In this document: positions 48,266-53,236 of the stretch, in pieces
Layout: each line of letters begins with the position of its first letter
Position numbering within the stretch: position 1 is the stretch's first letter
NCBI GenBank assembly: GCA_041740975.1
Contig: JBGSKV010000114.1
Coordinates: forward strand, 1-53,236
Length of the DNA stretch: 53,236 nt
DNA from: Oligoflexales bacterium
GTDB taxonomy: Bacteria; Bdellovibrionota_B; Oligoflexia; Oligoflexales; JALZUQ01
Reading direction: 5' to 3'
Program-made: the position numbers and the translations under genes
Notes under the pieces: model-generated
The model's database searches: none
Seen by the model: the letters and a program-made list of their open reading frames with translations, nothing else
Told to the model about the DNA's origin: nothing

Positions 48266-49276
48266 ATGCTTAAGCTTATTCTTTTGTTCGTGTTGGTGTC
48301 GACTGGCGGGACAGCGAATGCTGCCGAAGAGTTTTTATACAGAGCTTATCACTACAAATCTACAGTCGAAAATGGTTGTGCAAGCGAAGCCGATGCCCTT
48401 GCTCAGAAGTTGGCACTTGAGACAGGCGTCGAAGTTGTAGGGGGCGCATGCGCCTTTGATAGTTATACTGATCAAACAACTTTGGTAGTGCGATATAGAG
48501 CCGACGTGGAGCTCAATCTGGTATCGACCTATAATCCGGCTCGCTACTTGGTTCCCAATAGTTTTTATAAGAGCCAAGATGCATGCCTTGCTTCCTATGA
48601 TCGAGACTTGGCTATCTTTAAAGAGCAAACTGGTTTGGAGCCTTTTGTTTCTTACTGCGCTCAAAGAACCCAGCACGATTCTTTGGGTTGGTATGTCCAT
48701 ATTGATGCCTTCGGCACCGCACAACGAATACCGCAGTTTGTCGGATGGTATAGTTCGCAAGTTTATGGGATGACGTTCGCCGAGTTTTACCAAGCCATTA
48801 GTCAAAAGCTCTCCAATGCTGGTTATCCTCTGAGTCACCTGGCATGGCGTCCAAGCGTCGCTCATAATTCCGTTTCGGTCCAGGTATGGCGAGAGCCTAC
48901 ACAAGAAGAGTTGGAGCTCCGATCCGAAGTTCTATTGACGGTTCCTGGGTTAGAGGTTTGTCAGGCCTTGGCTGATGACATTGCTTCGCAATTAGGGACG
49001 CGTTCGGATGTCTTTCATTTGGCGTCTTATTGCACGTCGCCTTACTCGGGTCCTCGACATTTTGACTTAGTTACCGTAACGAATGTTGTTGTGACGCGCG
49101 TAAATTATTCTGCCGAAAAATATCATTCCAAATCCGAATGTGACCTTCAGCTTGGGTCTATGTTGCAGCAACAACGTGTTCTGCACGGCGATCGAGTGTT
49201 GGCGGGCGTTTGTGGTTTACCGAGGTATCAGGCGAGCAGTAGCCACGGCTATCGCGGCGTGTTTTTGCTAAAATAA
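48266..49276 (+). CDS. Hypothetical secreted protein
   Basis: Signal peptide MLKLILLFVLVSTGGTANA. Confidence 0.4.
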   Translation: MLKLILLFVLVSTGGTANAAEEFLYRAYHYKSTVENGCASEADALAQKLALETGVEVVGGACAFDSYTDQTTLVVRYRADVELNLVSTYNPARYLVPNSFYKSQDACLASYDRDLAIFKEQTGLEPFVSYCAQRTQHDSLGWYVHIDAFGTAQRIPQFVGWYSSQVYGMTFAEFYQAISQKLSNAGYPLSHLAWRPSVAHNSVSVQVWREPTQEELELRSEVLLTVPGLEVCQALADDIASQLGTRSDVFHLASYCTSPYSGPRHFDLVTVTNVVVTRVNYSAEKYHSKSECDLQLGSMLQQQRVLHGDRVLAGVCGLPRYQASSSHGYRGVFLLK

Positions 49277-49461
49277 ATCGCTGAAGTAAAAAGTTAAGTG
49301 CGCCAGTCATTGATGGCAGTCAGGCCAGAATGTTAGCGTATTTCTTTGCCCAAAACATTTTTCGAAAATAAATCTGAATTTCAATTGACTATCAATTTCC
49401 GATCGTTTACAAACTCTCCAAATTCATTCTCATATCTATATTTCTCGAAAGGAAATTAATC

Positions 49462-49911
49462 ATGAAGGTCATTCTTGCATCCTTAATGTTTCTGACTTCC
49501 ACTGCGGCTTTATCCGTCAACGCGGACGGATGCTTTGTGACCTACGTAGTCGGGGCCATGTACCCAGCGATTTGCGTATCAGGATCCAACGAAGAAGCTG
49601 CCTTCCCGACCACTCGCGTGGCGATATTCGGAACGAACACTGACAACGTCGCCTGGTGCGCTAGAGTCAATTCTCAAGCTCGATTAAGTTATGAAAAAAA
49701 CGAAAACCACGTTGAGTTTGGTTTCGACCACGCAACAGGGATGAAATCAATCTTATTTAATGGCAAAGCGGAAGGATCGCGCGAAAAAGGTTCCATTATT
49801 TTTAATGAAGTCAAAGAATCTATAGAGCTCGAGTACAGCCGATTAGACGAAGAAACCACTAAGAGACTTCTCGTGGAAATGTATAAGTCTGAAAAGTGCG
49901 ATAATCTTTAA
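49462..49911 (+). CDS. Hypothetical secreted protein
   Basis: Signal peptide. Confidence 0.4.
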   Translation: MKVILASLMFLTSTAALSVNADGCFVTYVVGAMYPAICVSGSNEEAAFPTTRVAIFGTNTDNVAWCARVNSQARLSYEKNENHVEFGFDHATGMKSILFNGKAEGSREKGSIIFNEVKESIELEYSRLDEETTKRLLVEMYKSEKCDNL

Positions 49912-49986
49912 TATCCTAGAGACCCCCGACTGGATCCGATTGACTTGAGATCGGGTTCAGTCAGGAGCGGTATGTTTCAAATCAAA

Positions 49987-50448
49987 TTACCGACAAGGTT
50001 TGACAACCGTCAAATACAGTTCCGTGCCATCACCCTGTGGTCCGAGGTCCGAAAGGATCAGGACATCTTTGCTTTTTTGACTAGCTTCATACGCTTCCCA
50101 CTCCTCAATGAGATCGCTATGATTGGTTCGAATTTCGTAGGCAACTTCTTCTTCTTTAGTCGTCAAATAAAAATAAGCCGCATTGTAAATAAATAGCGAA
50201 TGCTGGAAGCGAATGGCTTGGATACCTTGATCACGATGGAGGATGGATTCGTCAGAACTCATCATGTCTTCAATCAAACTAGGGACGTCTTTGGCGACGC
50301 CGCGGTAACACATTTTGGGCATTTCATAGAGATAGGCCTGCGGTTCAACTCCGCGTTTGTTGAATTCGATTTTTGTCTTTGGTTTTTCCGCAGAGTAAGC
50401 CAATGTTGTGAAAAGCAAAGCTGCCAAGCCGGCCAAGATTAGGTTCAT
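49987..50448 (-). CDS. Hypothetical secreted protein
   Basis: Signal peptide MNLILAGLAALLFTTLAYSA. Confidence 0.4.
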   Translation of the reverse strand: MNLILAGLAALLFTTLAYSAEKPKTKIEFNKRGVEPQAYLYEMPKMCYRGVAKDVPSLIEDMMSSDESILHRDQGIQAIRFQHSLFIYNAAYFYLTTKEEEVAYEIRTNHSDLIEEWEAYEASQKSKDVLILSDLGPQGDGTELYLTVVKPCR

Positions 50449-50542
50449 GGTTAGGTCCTTTTTTTTGATTTTGCGGAGTTTTCATAGCATATGATCTGAA
50501 TAGGAAGCAAGGCATGCGACAAGTGATGCCGGAATAATCTCT

Positions 50543-51649
50543 TTACTCTATGAATTCGCAAACTTCCTTAGCTGCAAGTTTAGCCCATCTTTGGATCCCA
50601 ATAAGAGTTGCAGCTGCAAAACCAGTCCAATCGCCATAGCCTAATAACCACAAAGCCGGTTTTGCGATGGAGCGAGAATTTGCCACGTCAATTTTGCCAG
50701 CCGAATTGATGACGTTCAAAGAACTTAAGTGACTTAAGTCGTTTCTAAAGCCGGTGCACCATATGATGGAGTCCACGTTTTCTTGCCGATCCTTCCATAA
50801 AATGGTCTGTCCGCGGATCTCTTGGAATGGTTCATACGCCGTTAGCACTCCTCGCTCTCTCGCGTCCTTCACGGAGTCAACCATCACGATTTTGGCGAGA
50901 TCATGGGCTTCTTTTAAAGTTTCACCTTTAAGCATGGCCTGATATTTTTTCGTCGCCAATTCAAACAAATACCTGCCATCTACATGATCCGGCAGATACT
51001 CTGGGGGTTCTTTCGTTACCCAAATCGTTTTCGTTACTTTCGAGACTTCGGCAAGTATCTGCGCGGCCGAGTTGCCTCCACCTACGACCATAACTTTTTT
51101 CTCTCTAAACTTTTCTGGATTAAGGTAGTGAGCAGAATGAATCTGATCACCTTTAAAACTTTCAATCCCAGGATAATCCGGAATATAAGGATGAGACCAG
51201 TTACCGGTGGCGCTGATCAGAGCTCTTGATGAAAACTCGCCTTTCGAAGTTTGAATATGAAAAACATTGTCTGAAAAAGTTACGTTCTCGACCTTCGTCG
51301 ATCGTCGAACTTTGAACTCATATCTTTTTTCGTACTCGCTTAGATAAGATATGATTTCTTCTTTAGTAGGGTAGGTGTCCATCGTCTTGGGCATCATCCA
51401 GCCTGGTAGTGAGCTATATTCTTTAGGTGAGAATAGTTTCAGTGAATCCCAGGTATGCGTCCACGCCCCACCGGGAGTTTCGTTAGCGTCTAGAATCAAA
51501 AAATGAACTTCGGCTTTCTTCAGAAAATAGGCCACGGCGAGGCCGCTCTGCCCTCCACCGATGATAATAACGTCGCAATGCATGTTCGTACTTTTCGCAG
51601 TTAAGCAATCGGAAAACCCAGTCAGTTCCCAATCAGGATTCATTTGCAT
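50543..51649 (-). CDS. FAD/NAD(P)-binding flavin-containing monooxygenase-like oxidoreductase (CzcO-like)
   Basis: Two dinucleotide-binding motifs: DVIIIGGGQSGLAVA and KVMVVGGGNSAAQ. The start may be the internal Met at 51583. Confidence 0.65.
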   Translation of the reverse strand: MQMNPDWELTGFSDCLTAKSTNMHCDVIIIGGGQSGLAVAYFLKKAEVHFLILDANETPGGAWTHTWDSLKLFSPKEYSSLPGWMMPKTMDTYPTKEEIISYLSEYEKRYEFKVRRSTKVENVTFSDNVFHIQTSKGEFSSRALISATGNWSHPYIPDYPGIESFKGDQIHSAHYLNPEKFREKKVMVVGGGNSAAQILAEVSKVTKTIWVTKEPPEYLPDHVDGRYLFELATKKYQAMLKGETLKEAHDLAKIVMVDSVKDARERGVLTAYEPFQEIRGQTILWKDRQENVDSIIWCTGFRNDLSHLSSLNVINSAGKIDVANSRSIAKPALWLLGYGDWTGFAAATLIGIQRWAKLAAKEVCEFIE

Positions 51650-51855
51650 TCAATCACTTTTTTGAATGGAATGTCATTCTCATAAATGGCTACAGTCTGA
51701 AGTTTCGCGCGCAGGGTCCCAAGGGTCTTCTGCAGTAGAGAGACGTGGACGGCCTGATGGGCAAGCCTTTGGAATGTGTTAGGTTAGGCGGATGTCATGC
51801 TATAATTCAGATGCGAACTCTTTCAACCTTGAACTGCATGCCGGGAGTGATTTCT

Positions 51856-52566
51856 ATGCGACTGTTGACACCCATAGTATTAACGATTCTTATTTTGATG
51901 GGCTGTCGTGTTCGTGAGTCGGGATCTGATGCGAAGGACTATCCCGGGCAAATCGCTGTGTCGAGCACGGTGACGACCGATAAAGTCACTGGATTCTTTA
52001 ATGACGGAGTCGCGGATGGTGCGGACGGCAGACTGACTAAACAAACTTCAAAGTCACTTAAATCATGCAAGCTCACGAGGGGTAATAAAGTCGATATCGT
52101 TCAAGAAAAATTTCCCGCTATTCTCGAAGGCTCGGTTGATCTCAATCATATTACATTTTCATTGACGGTCGAAGGCATCACGCAAGAGTCTCCCAAGCAC
52201 AATGCAAAGTCTGCATCAGCGGTTTTCTTTGATGCCAAAAACTTTACTGAGCTTATGGCCGGTGAAAAAGTGCTGTTCCATAAAAAACTGGAAACTAAGA
52301 AGCATAAAACGAGGTTGGATACTGAGTGGAATCTCGATGGCAAGCGTCTTACGATACTCTTGAGTGGCATTGAACCAGGTTATTACAAAGCTCGTACCAT
52401 GATGAACGTGGAGTTTGTCAATGAAGTGAAAACCTTTGATGATCTCATGTATGGACCTGTAAAAGGGGTGGAAGTCGTAAATTTTGTTCAGAATGCCGGC
52501 AATCTTTTCGGTTGGAAGGCAGAAGAAGAAGTTTCTAAGGTGTCCTGTAGCGATTTTGTAAATTAG
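51856..52566 (+). CDS. Hypothetical lipoprotein
   Basis: MRLLTPIVLTILILMGC lipobox. The ORF-track start at 51745 is upstream read-through. Confidence 0.45.
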   Translation: MRLLTPIVLTILILMGCRVRESGSDAKDYPGQIAVSSTVTTDKVTGFFNDGVADGADGRLTKQTSKSLKSCKLTRGNKVDIVQEKFPAILEGSVDLNHITFSLTVEGITQESPKHNAKSASAVFFDAKNFTELMAGEKVLFHKKLETKKHKTRLDTEWNLDGKRLTILLSGIEPGYYKARTMMNVEFVNEVKTFDDLMYGPVKGVEVVNFVQNAGNLFGWKAEEEVSKVSCSDFVN

Positions 52567-52642
52567 TAAAACATTCGGTGAACAGTTAATGCCAAGCCCT
52601 TAAGGGCTTGGCATTTTGAATATCTCAGCGTCGTCCGCAAGC

Positions 52643-52960
52643 TTAAATAAATTCGCGGTAAAGCAAATGGCGTACTTCGCGCAATTCCATAATTAACTCA
52701 TACTGATGATCTGCCGTCGCGGCTTCGTCGAAATATTCATCCGCCGTATCGATTTGACGTATAAGGAGCTCAACCGCCTCGATGACGTCTGGAGAAAGTG
52801 ATCCACGCGAACGAGAAAGCGATCGGACTTTACCCGCGTGCAACTTTACCGGAAGAAAATAATCACCGTATTCTTCGTACATAGTCAATGGGCGAAGCTT
52901 TTCAACGAGACGAATGATCTGATTTGCATACTTTGCGACAGGGCTGCGCGAAGGATTCAT
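52643..52960 (-). CDS. Hypothetical protein
   Basis: 105 aa with no recognised domain. Confidence 0.35.
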   Translation of the reverse strand: MNPSRSPVAKYANQIIRLVEKLRPLTMYEEYGDYFLPVKLHAGKVRSLSRSRGSLSPDVIEAVELLIRQIDTADEYFDEAATADHQYELIMELREVRHLLYREFI

Positions 52961-53236
52961 GATCGAGTCTATCTAAGGTTCCGTGTTGAGTGCGCCTGAA
53001 TTAGCATGGGAAGCTGGGCCATTTCAATCAAATAGAGATCGAATCGTCCCACTATTTTCTCTTCTACGGGTTGATTTGAGACGATGTTGAGACGTAGAAA
53101 GTGACATCATTGACTAATGTTTCAATTTCACAGAGAGAATCCGATTCACTTGAATTTACTGACTATTCGGGCTATTCAGGGAAGGTGTTCCCTCTAGCAC
53201 TTATCGACGTGACTGTGCTTCATCTGGTACTTTTGC

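Noticed and set aside
1-53236. CRISPR arrays, rRNA/tRNA genes
   Set aside because: No regularly spaced direct repeats and no tRNA-like cloverleaf regions or rRNA-like conserved blocks were recognised in intergenic regions. The tail 52961-53236 was inspected and has no callable feature.

Overview
This 53 kb window looks like a bacterial chromosomal segment carrying about 55 protein-coding genes. I found no rRNA, tRNA, CRISPR array, or recognisable transposase or integrase. Many products carry Sec or lipoprotein signal peptides. Recognisable genes include a trypsin-like S1 protease, an RCC1/FN3 lipoprotein, two single-heme CxxCH proteins, type IV pilin-like genes and numerous orphan secreted proteins. 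This is compatible with a Bdellovibrio-like predatory or other delta/Oligoflexia-type Gram-negative genome, but that is inference only. The window has three parts. (1) Positions 1-5400 are a dense toxin-antitoxin island: an orphan HigA-like antidote, MqsR/MqsA-like, YhaV/PrlF-like and HigB/HigA pairs, a truncated BrnT with intact BrnA, and two gp49-like toxins (one frameshifted) with an HTH antitoxin. Most pairs have palindromic operators in their promoter regions. (2) Positions 8583-14766 are the most interesting locus: a + strand gene string (AT-rich promoter upstream of 8583, gap and second promoter at 10200-10469) ending in a Sec-secreted polymorphic-toxin-like protein. That protein has a signal peptide, a Gly/Asn-rich and poly-acidic low-complexity linker, a pre-toxin TG-like domain, and a C-terminal C3/VIP2/iota-type ADP-ribosyltransferase domain with R, S-x-S and ExE motifs. 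It is followed, with a 1-nt stop/start overlap, by a 283-aa candidate immunity gene with no recognisable domain. (3) The remainder is chromosomal and accessory genes: DMT transporter with an XRE-cupin regulator, SPFH protein, hybrid histidine kinase, DoxX, tandem USP, APC permease-USP fusion, HPF, LysR, MscS, SLC13/TrkA-C transporter and an FMO-like oxidoreductase. An HNH endonuclease gene in this part is embedded in four copies of the 14-bp perfect palindrome CTGCACCGGTGCAG.
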